Below, piece after piece: positions 10,852-23,606 of a DNA stretch of 38,119 nt; position 1 is the stretch's first letter, and every line of letters starts with the position of its first letter. The stretch is from Asterionella formosa (taxonomy: Eukaryota). The stretch spans positions 1-38,119 of the forward strand of contig NKIB01015123.1 of assembly GCA_002256025.1 (NCBI GenBank). Reading direction: 5' to 3'. The notes beneath the pieces are model-generated. The model searched no databases, was not told the origin of the DNA, and saw only the letters and a list, made by a program, of their open reading frames with translations. A program made the translations under genes and the position numbers.

Positions 10852-13236
10852 ATGAAGCTCACACTCACAACCACTGCTACAGCCTTACTGCTACTAGTAA
10901 CAGCACTACTCAAGCCAACATTTGGCTTTGCCCCAATCTCCCCGCAACGACAGTCACAAACATGCAGAGCGGCTTCCATTCAAGAAGAAATGTCACTCGC
11001 TGACCTAGATATGCTGCTACAGGACGATGCTCTTGTCAATATGCATACATCGGCAGAACATGATGACAACGACGACGACCTCATGGGCGTATTGCTGCAA
11101 GGACCGGAATTACCGTCGTTGACGGAAGGAGCCTTGGCACTGTCAGATCTTGTCAACAGACTCGTACAGACACCTCCCGGTGCACTTGATGCTGACATGA
11201 TACTGCTACTGCGCAATTCCATGGCAGAGTATGCTGCCATGAAGGATGCTGAAACTGTGGAACGCTTGTTGTTCCGCATGCTGGAAGAATACAAGGCACT
11301 TTCCAAAATGAAACGACGCGTCGCTCTTGCTACTACACCTTCCGACGCGGACTTTCAACTTGCCATGGGCACGTGGAAAGAAGCGCCAGATACGACCAAC
11401 ATGGCCAACAATATGGCGGCGCTATTTGCAGAACAACAAGCCATGTATTGTGAAGCTGCTGTTGAACAATGCAAGCCATCCATGGCGACTGTCAAATTGG
11501 TAATGTCGACGTTGACCTATTCTCGAGAACGAGGGTCGGATCGACGAGTCTATGGCATGTTGGAAAAATTAACAACATGGGGGCTTTCGGCTGACTCGGA
11601 AATTATGGGATATGTCATTTTGGCTCTGGCCAAGAGTAAGCAACATGGGGCAGCAGAACGAGCACAACAAATGTTGAAGGAAGCGGTGGAAACGTATGAG
11701 TTGATACCGCCAATGGAGGCATTCAATGCCATTTTGGTGTCCTGGGCAAAGTCGGGGCTGGAAGATGGGCCCGAACGGGCCGAACAGGTACTCATGTACA
11801 TGTCGAAAATTCAAGTACCTCCCACCATTATATCCTTCACGTGTTTGATTGACGCGTATGCACAGACAAATACATGGGAGGGGGTATACCAAGCTGAATC
11901 TATTTTGAATAGATTGTTGGAACAATATTTGGTAGACAAGGACAGCCCTGAACCTAATGTTGCATCGTGGACGATTGTCATTTCAGCATGGACGAGACTA
12001 GCCAGAAAGAACAATAAAGGGGCGGCACCAAAGGCGGATTCTTTGTTGAAGCGAATGGAAGCGTTGCAAGGTAGAATTACATGCAAGCCTGATGCAATCA
12101 CCTATATTCAAGTTATGAATGCATGGGTGGCTAGTAAGACAAATCCAGAACGAGCGGATGAGATTTTGAATGAAATGCATTTGCGTTATCTGGACGGCGA
12201 CGATGATATGAAACCATCGCCGCGGTCGGTCCGGTCGGTGGTTGAAGCGTGGGTCAAAGTTGACACAATCAAGGGAATGAAACAGGCGGAAGCTTTGTTC
12301 CATCGAGTACAAGACATAAAGGAGATGCAGCAGCCTTCAGAAGAAGTTAAGGATATTTACAAGACTATGATCTTTGGTTGGTCCAAGCTTGAAGACCCTT
12401 TTCGAGCGTACGAATATCTACAACAAATGATTGAAAAAGACCTTCAGCCTGACTCATTTTGCTTTGATCGCATCATTGAATCCTTGACATTGGATGGTGG
12501 CGACAGGGCGCTTCAACTAACGTACCACGTAATGCAAACGGTGGAAGCATTGAGAAAGCAAGGATCCTTACGACCCAACGAACGCGTCTACACGTCGTTT
12601 ATTAGAGCTTTGACGAAGCGCAAAGTCAAAGGTTGTGCCAAGCAATCCATGCTAATTCTTAGAAAAATGCAAGAATTGGCTGAAACAGATCGAAACAAAT
12701 TGATGGAGCCCACAGTCTTTACCTACAATGCTGTCTTGTATGCATGTGCCGAATCTAAAATTGAGAGCGATACATCCGCCAACATGGAAGCGTTCAAAAT
12801 TGCTATTGGTTTGTTTAATGAGCTCCGAGGGTTGGAGAAGGAAAAGGCCGATCATGTAACCTATGGCAATATTCTTCGTTGTGGAGCATTGCTCCCCGAG
12901 GGCAATCAGAGAAACGCTTTGGTGACCAGCACCTTTCAGTTGGCATGTCGAGAGGGTCACGTGAACCAATATGTCATTCGAGATCTACAAGTTTCGGCGC
13001 CAGAAGAATTGTGGAGAGCCCTAACGCAATGTCCAGTTGGTGACATTGATTGGGATAAAATTCCTTCGGAATGGAAACGTGGATTTGAACGAAAAGAAAA
13101 AAAGCCGGAGTTTGCAAGTGAAGGGCGGTCTGACTATGGTCGTGGTGGTGGTCGAGGAGGAGGCGGTCGTAGTGGTGGAGGTAGGAGCAGTGGTGGGCGT
13201 GGAGGTGGACGAGGAAGATCGGAACGACGGTACTAG
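10852..13236 (+). CDS. Pentatricopeptide-repeat (PPR) protein, predicted plastid-targeted, with an RGG-rich tail
   Basis: 794-aa ORF with signal peptide + TFG|FAP. PPR-like repeats include PPMEAFNAILVSWAKSG, PTIISFTCLIDAYAQ, PNVASWTIVISAW, PDAITYIQVMNAW, PNERVYTSFIRAL and PTVFTYNAVLYACA. C-terminus is G/R-rich. Confidence 0.92.
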   Translation: MKLTLTTTATALLLLVTALLKPTFGFAPISPQRQSQTCRAASIQEEMSLADLDMLLQDDALVNMHTSAEHDDNDDDLMGVLLQGPELPSLTEGALALSDLVNRLVQTPPGALDADMILLLRNSMAEYAAMKDAETVERLLFRMLEEYKALSKMKRRVALATTPSDADFQLAMGTWKEAPDTTNMANNMAALFAEQQAMYCEAAVEQCKPSMATVKLVMSTLTYSRERGSDRRVYGMLEKLTTWGLSADSEIMGYVILALAKSKQHGAAERAQQMLKEAVETYELIPPMEAFNAILVSWAKSGLEDGPERAEQVLMYMSKIQVPPTIISFTCLIDAYAQTNTWEGVYQAESILNRLLEQYLVDKDSPEPNVASWTIVISAWTRLARKNNKGAAPKADSLLKRMEALQGRITCKPDAITYIQVMNAWVASKTNPERADEILNEMHLRYLDGDDDMKPSPRSVRSVVEAWVKVDTIKGMKQAEALFHRVQDIKEMQQPSEEVKDIYKTMIFGWSKLEDPFRAYEYLQQMIEKDLQPDSFCFDRIIESLTLDGGDRALQLTYHVMQTVEALRKQGSLRPNERVYTSFIRALTKRKVKGCAKQSMLILRKMQELAETDRNKLMEPTVFTYNAVLYACAESKIESDTSANMEAFKIAIGLFNELRGLEKEKADHVTYGNILRCGALLPEGNQRNALVTSTFQLACREGHVNQYVIRDLQVSAPEELWRALTQCPVGDIDWDKIPSEWKRGFERKEKKPEFASEGRSDYGRGGGRGGGGRSGGGRSSGGRGGGRGRSERRY

Positions 13237-13445
13237 TTGGGATGAAACAACTCTAAGTAAATGGTGTCAAATACCATTCTTCATTAAATCTGTTGCAAGA
13301 CATGAAAATCATTTGGCGTACGTTCTTTTTGTTTTTGCCAACTTTGTAATTGCAGCATGTGGCATACAGGAGGAGCGCGACTGTCATCTATCACAAACAC
13401 ACGCAAGACACAGTTATGGATCATGTATGGAAATCAATTCCATCG

Positions 13446-14458
13446 TCATTCGATACTAGCTTCTTCTCTTTGTAGGGAAAAAGTATCACAGACAGGATCC
13501 ACTCCACCCGCTTGTTTATATGCTGCACAGATCTTTGTAATGAGCAACTCCCCATCATCAACATCAATGTGTGTCCCATCAAGTTCCACCCATGGTACAT
13601 ACTGTTTGTAGCTTGGAGTTGCCTTGGCGGCTTGTGAGATGCAATTCCATGCCACTTGTGGAATGTCGTGACATGTTGCCTTCATCCGATGAAATGACAA
13701 GCCTGTTGTATTGGCACACTGTTCAAATACTTTGGTCTCAAAGTGTTTTTCATGATATCCCATTGGCAATACAGTATCCAAACAAGTCAGAAACGGCAAA
13801 TGTCGCCGTGTTTCAGGATATATTCGAATGGCACATTCCTGATAGAGATTGGCATCACATTCTCCCGGACCATGCTGGCAGAAGACTTCTTTTGTAGTTT
13901 CGTTGATTCGTGCATTTCCAAAAGGAACCAACGTCACATCCATGATGGAGTCTCCTAGCAATTGATAAGCACTAATGAGTTGTTCCTCGACAAACAATTT
14001 GCAATGGGGGCTGAAAAGGATTGTAGGTAGAATAATAAGCTAAGCAGGTTAGTACAGGTAGTTTGCAGACTGAACAAATCTTGTGTAGGTTTGAGGGAGG
14101 GAGAGATTGTACTTTTCCGTTACTTGATTTCCTTCAATTCTCATAATGAATGTTACACTCACCACAATGCTTCAGTGCAAACCAGAACCTTGATTGGAAC
14201 TTGTGACATGCCCAATACTTGTGTGTTCTTCTTGTTATCATTATCATTGATAATATCATTATTAATACCGGTAGTAATAGGAGGCCCTGGAATGAATCGG
14301 AATTTTCCTATCGCCATCAGTTTCTTTCCGCGTGTTGGCAAAGTGTTCGTCAGGAGAACGATCAAACTTACCGCCAATACTACTAGCATGGCGGAGAGCA
14401 GCTTTGAATTACCGGTAGGCGCCATCGAAAGCATCCTACTGGCATACAATTGATTCAT
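13446..14458 (-). CDS. GILT (gamma-interferon-inducible lysosomal thiol reductase) family protein, two exons
   Basis: Exon 1 (~14458-14163) and exon 2 (14010-13446) are joined across a GTGAGT...TTTCAG intron (14162-14011). Splicing rebuilds EALCPHC (CxxC). The GILT signature VPFGNA...CQHGPGECDAN and YVPWV are present. The exact start Met is uncertain. Confidence 0.9.
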
Positions 14459-14461
14459 CAA

Positions 14462-17400
14462 TGTTCTTTATGCTACTAACTAAAGCAAATAAACAAATGA
14501 TAAAAAAACTTATTTGATGATCCTCGTCTGTGGTCGTATATGTCAAAATGCCATGATGATAGTATGTTAATCTCTTCATAAATAAATATCCATGTATGGA
14601 GGTCAGACTGATCGAAATTCTGACAGGCCACCCTGTCAGAATTCTTCTTCCCGATTTTCCTCGGAACTAAATATTGCATTGTTAATAACACTTTATAATT
14701 TTATTTTGATTCTCTCCTTCTTTGATCGTCGCTTCAAACTCTTTGTATTCCTCATATCGAGCGATTGCAATGGCGATTTCGCCATTGTGAGCAACAAGTG
14801 CCGGAAGTTGCGCCGGTCACAAGCACAACAAACAGTCACAGTATCTCACTGTCTTAACAGCAGCCAGATCATCCAACTTTGGAGTGACAGGTCAAAGGAC
14901 TGTAAGACACAGGGTGTCATTGTTCACACACTTTGTCATTGCTACATAAAATTCCACCAGAAGGGGGATTGTGTGCTGGTGTTGTTGGATAGATTCCACT
15001 CATCAAAGAATATATAAAGTCGGCATGGCCGAACAGAACGAAGATCGCCCAGGGGAAAGAGAACATTTTAAAAACGCACTGATTCACGTTGTGCAATTAA
15101 ACGATGCACAAGCAGATCGTTTGATCATGCAAGACATTTCAATGTCATCTGAGCTCTCATATACTATTGATGACGAGACTCTTATGTCATGTTTTCAAGC
15201 CAATAATCGCCCTACAGCCGCTGGAAAGAAAATGCGACTGATGGCATTTAAGATGTGGATCAAAGAACAACAGGCAAATGAAGGTTTCAGAAATGTATCT
15301 TCACACTATTTTACAAATGAAGAACTAACAAAAATGCTTGAACGGGTTGGAAATGGCCAAAAGCGCACCATTGACACCTCAGAAAGAAGCAATGTCTGTG
15401 ATATTAAAGAACCTGAACCATGGCTTGGCAAACCACAAGATTGGCGTAAGAGAAAACGAGAGCTCATTGCTTGTATGGCTAAATGCCGTAATTGCAACAA
15501 TGTCCCTTTCCTATACCTCATAAGAGAAGAACAAGGATATATTGAAACAATGACATGAGTGTGGTAATTATCAGGGATACCCCACATCACAGAAGTGTTT
15601 ATCAAGCAGACAACTTTGAATTCTTCCAAGTGTTAATTAGCTGGACAAGTGGTGGGACGATCCGCCCAGGATGGGAGATCAGCATGGCAGATGATTATAA
15701 CAATGATGGACACCGGTCAAGATTCACGCAACGCTAGGATTAAAGATGCAGACGATGCAAGAATTGATAATGCATTCTACAGATAAGACAGATCTCAATT
15801 TACATTTGAAAAGTATTGCGCAGTTCATATAACTTCCAACATTGAAATGGAAGAATTAAATGTCCAACGTGATGGTTTTACAAAAGTTTGTAAATTTCTG
15901 GATGGTATCAAACACCAGAGGAAGCAAGGACTTGAATTCCCAGACCACCAAGCGGCAGTAATCAAGATGAAGGACCTCTGGAACCAGTCGAAGCCTGCCA
16001 CCTCATCCTCAAACACACATAGTTGTGACGAACAAAATATAGGCAACGCAAACTCCCGTGCATTCAGAGGTGGCGGCCGAGGTTGTGACAACAATAGAGG
16101 ACGAGCGAGGTGGCTACTACTATAGAGGTGGATGGCCAATACCACAACAATAGTGCAAGGGGAGGACGTGGTGGCTGTAGCAATACAGCAGGGACACCAG
16201 GTCAAGGTCGTGGACATGACCAAGGAACTGACTATATCCCTCAAGTGGTGTTGGATTCCTTAACCCCACAACAAAGACGATGCATGCTGCAAGGCCGCAA
16301 TATGCTCCGACAAGCTGACATCGCTAATCCTCTGGTATGGAGAACAACAAGACATTGCATACAATATTCTTGCAGAACACATGTTCTCCCAAATTGACAC
16401 TGAGGGTTAACAACTCTGTCTTCTTTTTGTTGCAATAATTAACCATCGCAAGAACAACAGGGCCATAGACAAAGCTGATCAATTTCGGTCCGTTCAAAGA
16501 AAACGAGTAAAGAAAAAGACGACAGCAGGATGGCAATTTGAAGTGGAATGGAAAGACGGCACCACTTCCTGGCTACCATTAAAGGCACTGAAGGAATCTA
16601 ATTCTGTGGAAATAGCAAATTTCGCCATTGCAAACAAAATTGACACCGAACCAGCTTTTGACTGGTGGTCTAAAGAGCCACTCCATAAACAACGACGATT
16701 TATTAAACTATCACAGAAGAGGTCAATCCAAACTGGATTTAAATTCGGTCTCCCTTTGCCCCTCACGGTGCGTGGTGGCAGAAGCATTAGAAATTGACCG
16801 TAGAAACAATAACGACTCATGGCATGAAGCAATTATGAAGGAAATGACAAATGTCCGCATTGCATTTGATCTCAAGGAGAGAAACTGCCAGCCACCAGTT
16901 GGCTATAAGCAACTTCCCATGAAAACGATTTTCGATATCAAGATGGATTTTAATAGAAAGGCTTGTTTGGTTACAGGAGGCCACAAAACCGACCCCCTGG
17001 TATCCCTTACCTACTACTCATCTGTTGTTTCCAGAGAAAGTGTCCGAATCGCCTTCCTCATCGCTGCAGTCAATCAACTAAGCATTATCATGGCAGACAT
17101 AGGCAACGCATATTTAAATGCGAGCACAGAAGAGAAATTTTATGCAAGCAATAGCTGGACCTGAATTTGGAGAAGACAAAGGCAAACTTGCCATCATTGT
17201 TTGTGCCTTATATGGCTTAAAGAGCTCTGGAGCCGCCTGGCGCTCGCACTTTGCAGCCACGCTGCGAGACATCGGTTTCATCCCAAGTTACGCGGATCCT
17301 GATATGTGGTATCGAGCGAGAGGCTGTCACAACAGAGGGTTTCGAATATTATGAATACATACTTGCTAATGTTGATGACATCCTATGTATTTCCAAGGAT

Positions 17401-17602
17401 CCCAGCACAATCAGACGCCCATTTGCAGATCCTCTCTTCCTATATCGTTTAAAAGATGTTGGACCACCTACAAGATATCTGGGAGCGAAAATAGGTAAAC
17501 ATCAATTGGCCAATGGGCAAGAAGCATGGTATATCTCAGCTGAAGAAGACTATCTTGCCAAAGCTATTCCTGTTATTGAACAATCATATGGACCATTAAA
17601 AC
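14462..17602 (+). mobile_element. Degenerate Ty1/Copia (CoDi-like) LTR retrotransposon with internal deletion and 3' truncation
   Basis: Putative LTR TGTT...AACA (14462-14690). Gag fragments from ~15025 with a G/R-rich end. Then the CoDi-type segment KTTAGWQFEVEWKDGTTSWLPLKALKESN...EPAFDWW and RT motifs FDIKMDFNRKACLVTGGH, ADIGNAYLNA, ALYGLKSSGAAW, NVDDIL. Protease and integrase core were not found between ~16.4 and 16.5 kb. Confidence 0.9.
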
Positions 17603-17790
17603 CATTAATACAGATATAAATAGGGTTAGATTTATATTTTATGTATATCAGAACTCAATAATGAGAGCACTCAACTAACCCTTATTGTATACTGTACTTT
17701 GGTTTCGACTTAAAGGATCAGTTGCAAACACGGATTAACTAATAAGCTCATATATTTAACAAATACTACTACTTCTAGTTAGATACTTCA
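17603..17790 (+). repeat. Gypsy LTR copy 1 (5'-clipped)
   Basis: Aligns with 30081-30275 and 36408-36602, sharing the end CAAATACTACTACTTCTAGTTAGATACTTCA. It replaces the Copia RT sequence abruptly. Confidence 0.9.
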
Positions 17791-17829
17791 CTTTGAATTC
17801 AAACAGAGTCCAATTAGAATTAATAATCA

Positions 17830-18716
17830 TGTTGATGTAGTACTGTCTCAAGTTCCTGTGGTCCCATTGATGAAGGACAACAACATACTAAACATCACAA
17901 TTCAGACCTCTTTATGTAACCCTACCAGGTCATGTTTGGAGTCCTTCAATGAAGATATGATCAATGAACACTCAGTGGAAGCTTGTTGATTGATTTCAGT
18001 GAATCCTGTGATATGATGGCAAACACATGTACCTTTAGTTCAGCAGATTCCTTGCTTGTTCTCCTACTGCTACGAAAGATGAATCACATATATCGTCTTG
18101 TCTGACTGGATGAGCATTGCAATACAACCAGATGCTCAGTCCCATGACAGTCTCAACAAAGTCATGGTGATGTGGCTGGAGGATTACCTTCTTCGTGATA
18201 TCTCTGAGAGTCAGCATCAGTGGATGCCATGATCATACTCAATAAACATGTCAACATGTTGATGATCGACTTCGCTGCCTATCTCAAGACATTAAATAAG
18301 CTGCTCAAACTAATGATGCCTTATCCAGAAAAGCAGGAAGTCTTGGCCAAGGACGTTTTGAGGTAAATTGTCATTTACTTTATCTCCAATGTGTGGCAGC
18401 AAAGGTTTGAATGAAAAAATGAAAAGAACGCAAAACAAATGATTTGCTTGGTTTTGACTTACTTTGAGAATTTCTTCGCATTGCTGAATACAGTTGTGTG
18501 AGGCTGCCATCAAGAAAAAAACCATTTCAAGCGCCGATTTGTACATGATAATTTTACACTAGGTGGTAATGGCAGCCAAGGCACATGCATGTTGATGCAG
18601 CTGGCCACGCATGGGATAGTGAAACAACGGTCAAACGTAAGGCCCATTGAGTTAACATAAATAAAACTACTAACCCTGTTCCTGTTTCTCTGGCGTGGAA
18701 ACTCTCTGCGGAGCGA
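17830..18716 (+). pseudogene. Decayed Gypsy-type gag
   Basis: LNKHVNMLMIDFAAYLKTLNKLLKLMMPYP...NVWQQRF resembles the Gypsy gag core. A frameshifted C..H..GH.W knuckle-like remnant lies near 18585-18620. It follows LTR copy 1 directly. Confidence 0.55.
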
Positions 18717-20149
18717 CGTCTGCAAATAAAAAGTATCATGCATATAGGATCAAGGGTATCGTACGCTAAGTGGCACAGGATTTTCGTATATATGATAATT
18801 TTTGGATCAAAAATATGATCAAGGTATCTTGTAACTATGATGATTTATTAATATTTTACCGACCTTGAAGTATAATGATAATAAGAGCATTATCATCACA
18901 CAATGTATATAGACTGATCAACAACGTTTCCCATCAATATCATAAACCTTCTCATATTATTTTCACTTCTCGTGATCGCCCAATGTAAATTATAACTACA
19001 ATGGATCCTAAAATCAGCTCAACTCTATGCTATCATGTAAATTTTTTATCTTATATCTATCTTAAACATGATCATAAAATAAATCACAAGCATTGTTTAA
19101 AATAGATTGAAATGGATCGTAATTTATCTATCAAATTTAGCATTGCTATCTATGATTCTACAGGCCAGCAACCCGACATCTCTCTCTACTTGGCTCAAGG
19201 TATATTGTTCCTGTCTCACGCTTTCCTTCATCTATTCTGAATCATGTGTGAGGCAGTGCCAACTAATATTTGCGACTCTTTCCCTGCTGTTAGTGTCACT
19301 CTGAACTAGCCGACTATTCCGTTGTTTGATTGGTTTTATTGTCCTATGCATGCAGTTACAGTTACAATCAAATCAATGCAACTGATGCATAAGTCTATTA
19401 CAGTAAATTGTCAGTAAGCCAAATTCTTGAATAAGTAAGTTTCGGGTATGCAATGTTGTCGAATAAAACTTACCGGTTCATTTTTGTCAGCTTAACTTTG
19501 AGAGAAGGTAAACATTTTGTCAGTTTTGTTCCAACAGAAGTGAATAGGTCCAACGAGCGACAAGAGCACTTACGCAATTTGGTTTGGTTTTGTTTTACAT
19601 TGGTGCTCCCCAACAGCGAAGCGAAACGAGCTGTTGAATCAACTGAGAAAAAAGGAAATGTGGCTGCATTTAGTTGCTTAACAATTTGTTGTTGTGCTGC
19701 CTGCCTCCCAACGATTGTCATCCAAGTACCACATTGATGGCTTCATTACCTTAAACATTCTCCATCCTTCGAATGCGCAATGTGTCGAAGCCACAATGTT
19801 TTTCATTATGTATTGCGTAAACTTTCTTTTCTTGGCTGTCATGTGCTTTACTACGATGTATCTTTTCATAAAGCAGCAGGCATTGTTTGTTAACATGACA
19901 GAACGATTTCAAAAATATATATGCCATGAATATAGTAATAAAATTTGTAAATATATATATATATATATTAAGTGTTAAACATTTATAAAATTCAAAGGCG
20001 CTTTCGATATGGAACATCTGATATGGTTGAGATGATCATACTCGCATATACATAATTCGAAAATTCTCAATGCACTATGTGTCCATTGTTTTCCACAACT
20101 ACGTGTACCGGTATTGTTTCTGAAATTTGTTTGCATCGATGTTTTCTAC

Positions 20150-21975
20150 GTCCGTTGAAACTAATTATTTAGACCATTCAATTGGTGTAAGTCACAACCG
20201 CAAGGGTTTTGGTATCAAATTGTTTACGCCCCTTTTTTGGGCGGGAGCTCTTCATGTGTACCGATACATCATATGACAATAACAATATATCAGCTACTAG
20301 TACAAAGGAACCCGTAATTGATACTGACAGCGATGATGATGTTTCTACTTCAGTTATTGATACAAGAAAAATGGCTCCTGTCGATGCAGATGGATGACAT
20401 GGAACCATGTCATAAATTTTCTAATCACACAGACCAACAAGTACATGAAAAACTGAGGGAAAAACATTTTGCACTTGCCAAAATATTTTTGCAATTGATC
20501 AATGAACTCAATCACTACAAAGGTCGTAATTCAGTTCAAAACTCGCTTGTCCATACGAGGTTATCAAGACTCTTGAATTTCAGCAGCCTTATCAGAACAA
20601 CGTCGTTCTCGTTTAGCTATAATTGAACCGATCCATCAATTGTCACAAAGGTTGCTTGTGAGTTTTATTTTCAAGACCAAGAAGTTTTGCTGTGAACATG
20701 TAAGTTTGATGTTATAGTTCGTGAATTGCAGGTACTGTAAAACAGAATATCAATCTAATGTCCTTTTTTATGGTCCCAAAAGAGAATCAAACATCCCGCC
20801 CTATATGGTCCAAATAGTATGAAAGGCATTTCCAATCACAAACAGGATTGGTTTACCGAATGTTGCCTAACTCGGCTATACACAGTGAAACCGGAGTTAG
20901 GCAAGGAAGTGGAGAGTGACCCAGAGCTTGCCGATTTCATATGGAATGGTTCTGATGCACTACTTCCAATGAATCAGACCATTGAACGTACCAACAAGGC
21001 ACGTTTAGATTACATGAAATCAACATTTGGTGGCAGGTGCATAAAAAATTTGAGCGATAGAATGTCAGAATGTATTGAATAATCAATTTAAAGGAATCTT
21101 AGGTAAGTTCTTGCAGGGAGATGCTCCGAAAGCATGATGTTTGAGTCGGTGATTATATTCTTATCAAATATATTTCAATTTAAAAATGCTAACATAATTC
21201 ATGACACACCAGCTGGTCTAACAGAATATAACTAACTTCCAGACTATGGATATTGATGACTTTATTAGGTGGGCGTTGACGCTTTATCGTTTTGCGCAGT
21301 CAAATGACATTGACAGGGGAAGCCATGGATACCAAGTCTGGCGTGATGTTCTTGCTCCGGTGTATTTTATAGGCAGGACAAGCCGTGGAGAACCCAGTTT
21401 AACAGGAGACAAATCTGGTGTGACCAAATTTCAACTCAGTCTTCGGGCACAGTGTGAATTGCAAACACGTTTTGTTGGTTCGCTGATCAATTCCAGTACA
21501 GAAGCATTTTGCTTCTTGGTGCTGAAAGGAAAATACTGATTGCAACAAAAATATTTGGGTTTCAATCCAGATACCCATGAAATTACATAGAATGAGACGA
21601 TATTCGTCATTCTACTGATTTTGTCGACATTGGTGGGAAACCACCTATAAAAAAGGTGTGAGGGAAGAAAGTTCAGTTTCAAATGGTCTCACTGATCAAT
21701 GGACTGATGATTTACTCGTTTATTAAAAGGAAATCTACATTGGACTTTCACAAAATAATCGATCTGAATATGGAAGGAATCCTAGTGGAATTGCTACTCC
21801 CACCACAAATATCATCTACCCACACTCATACTTCTCATTTCCCAACGTAAGTAAAGAGGATATGCATCAATTTGTTGAATCACATCAACCAAATGTTCCT
21901 GAGAAGAAAATTGATTATAATGACCGCATTAATCAACGGGACATTGATGACGATGTTGATTTTGAATGGATCTAA
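20150..21975 (+). pseudogene. Decayed ORF2 paralog (intron-containing)
   Basis: ESDPELADFIWN...STFGGRCI; DDFIRWALTLYRFA...VLAPVYF; NSSTEAFCFLVLKGKY. These are homologous to 7090-8330(-). GTAAGT donor at 21103. Boundaries are approximate. Confidence 0.7.
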
Positions 21976-22922
21976 TAGAATCCAATGCATACTTAGTAGT
22001 TACATAATAATTACAGTTAGTGTGAGACTTCTACAGTGCAAGCCATATCATAGATCATAGGAAAATATTGATTCTGCTCTATACTACTATAACTATTAGT
22101 GCCGCCTGTACTATATGTAGCGGTATACCTCCATTTTTACTACTATGTTGGAGTGATAATTTCACGACTCTGTATTTTCCAGCACAGCATGTCCGAAGTA
22201 GCGCCAATTTATTATTATATATTAATTCATTTTCATTCTATCCTTTTCATATCCTGACTTGGTCATCATTTGCAATTTGCAATGTCTTTGCTCACATTGC
22301 AATGGTGTTATCTGTGTAACTACAAATTTCGGAAGAACAAATCCCCATCTGAGTCGTCTCACAATCGAAATTGTAGCAACCGTGTTTTTTATGCATATGG
22401 TCAGTACTGCTGTCGACATTGCATGCATTAACATCGAGTTCCTGGAATACATAGTGAAACTACGTATTGCGGTAGTGCATTGAATCATTCAAGGAAAGAA
22501 GTTAATGATGGCAGTGTAACTGCTGCAGCATTTAGGGAGATTAGACAAGAGGAGATTATGTGTCCTATCCTTGAATCAAGTGACCACAATCATCCACTTC
22601 ATGACGACAGCGACAATTCAGTTTATGACAATATTCAGTCACAACAGGACGAACAATTGATATGGATTGTTATTAAGTTTTTTTGGGTTCAACCCAGGAA
22701 AGGGTAATGAGAAGTTCTCATCCAGATCAAATACAACCTTTACATCACTTGGATGAAGTTCATGAAGCAATTATATAATGGATAATAGAGCAAGGTAATT
22801 GTTTCAAGGTACCAATATGCAAGATCTTTAAAATCTGAAGATGATTTTTTGATACCTTTGACTCCATAAAATACAGAGGCATAATTGCATATATCTTGTG
22901 GGGTACGAGTGTACAACTCTAA

Positions 22923-23606
22923 TCACAATTTTATTTGTCCATTCGATTTCGGCAAACTCCAGGAAAATGCCGTTTGCTTTGGCATAATAGCTGTACACAA
23001 TTCACATGCCGACTCTTCACAAAAGTAGCTGCCTTCTGGATTGTTCTCAATAATTTTACAAAGAAATTCTTTTTCTTCCATGTATGATTTGGAAAATGAT
23101 TTAATTTTGTGTTTCTGAATTCGTTCCCGACTCAGAGCATCAACTGCCTTTTCCAGTATCACATCTCTGTCTGCATTAAAATTATTGAATTCGAGGTCTT
23201 CATCTAGCTCAGAATTTTTTTTAAATATCTTTTCTATTAGAAATGCAATAGTTTCTCTGCTTTCATGATGTTCATCTTGATGTTCTGGACAGATAGTGAG
23301 ATATGTTTCTTGGTTTTGCAACTTTTCAACCATTTCTACTTCTGAAGTGATGTCTGCCACATTTCCGCCGATATTTTCGTTCATCGCATGATTTTGTTCA
23401 TCAAATGAATGAGAATCACTGAGTTCTTCTTTGCTCATTATCAGCGATTTCGGGAGAATGAGCAAAATACGACACTGGATGGTGGAACTGTGACTCTGTA
23501 CGAATAGAGTCTTCATCCACGAAGACCGACTGTTTGGGTTTCCTTGGCTCTTCGAAAGCAATCTTTCCTTCTTTTCAATCTCCGCCACTATTGTATCGGT
23601 TGGCAT
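22923..23606 (-). pseudogene. Unknown acidic 227-aa ORF remnant inside the TIR element
   Basis: Longest open frame in the element, E/K-rich with a C-x4-C-x2-C near its end. No family recognised. Confidence 0.4.

Noticed and set aside
10980..12969. Short antisense ORFs overlapping the PPR gene (likewise over the MTase and PPX genes)
   Set aside because: Shadow frames of real CDSs with no recognisable motifs.
14159..14164. In-frame TGA at the GILT active site as selenocysteine
   Set aside because: The TGA is part of the GTGAGT splice donor, and splicing yields TGC (Cys).
18585..18625. Copia RNase H start (HVDAAGHA resembling FVDADHA)
   Set aside because: No following RNase H motifs; the context fits a gag knuckle remnant better.
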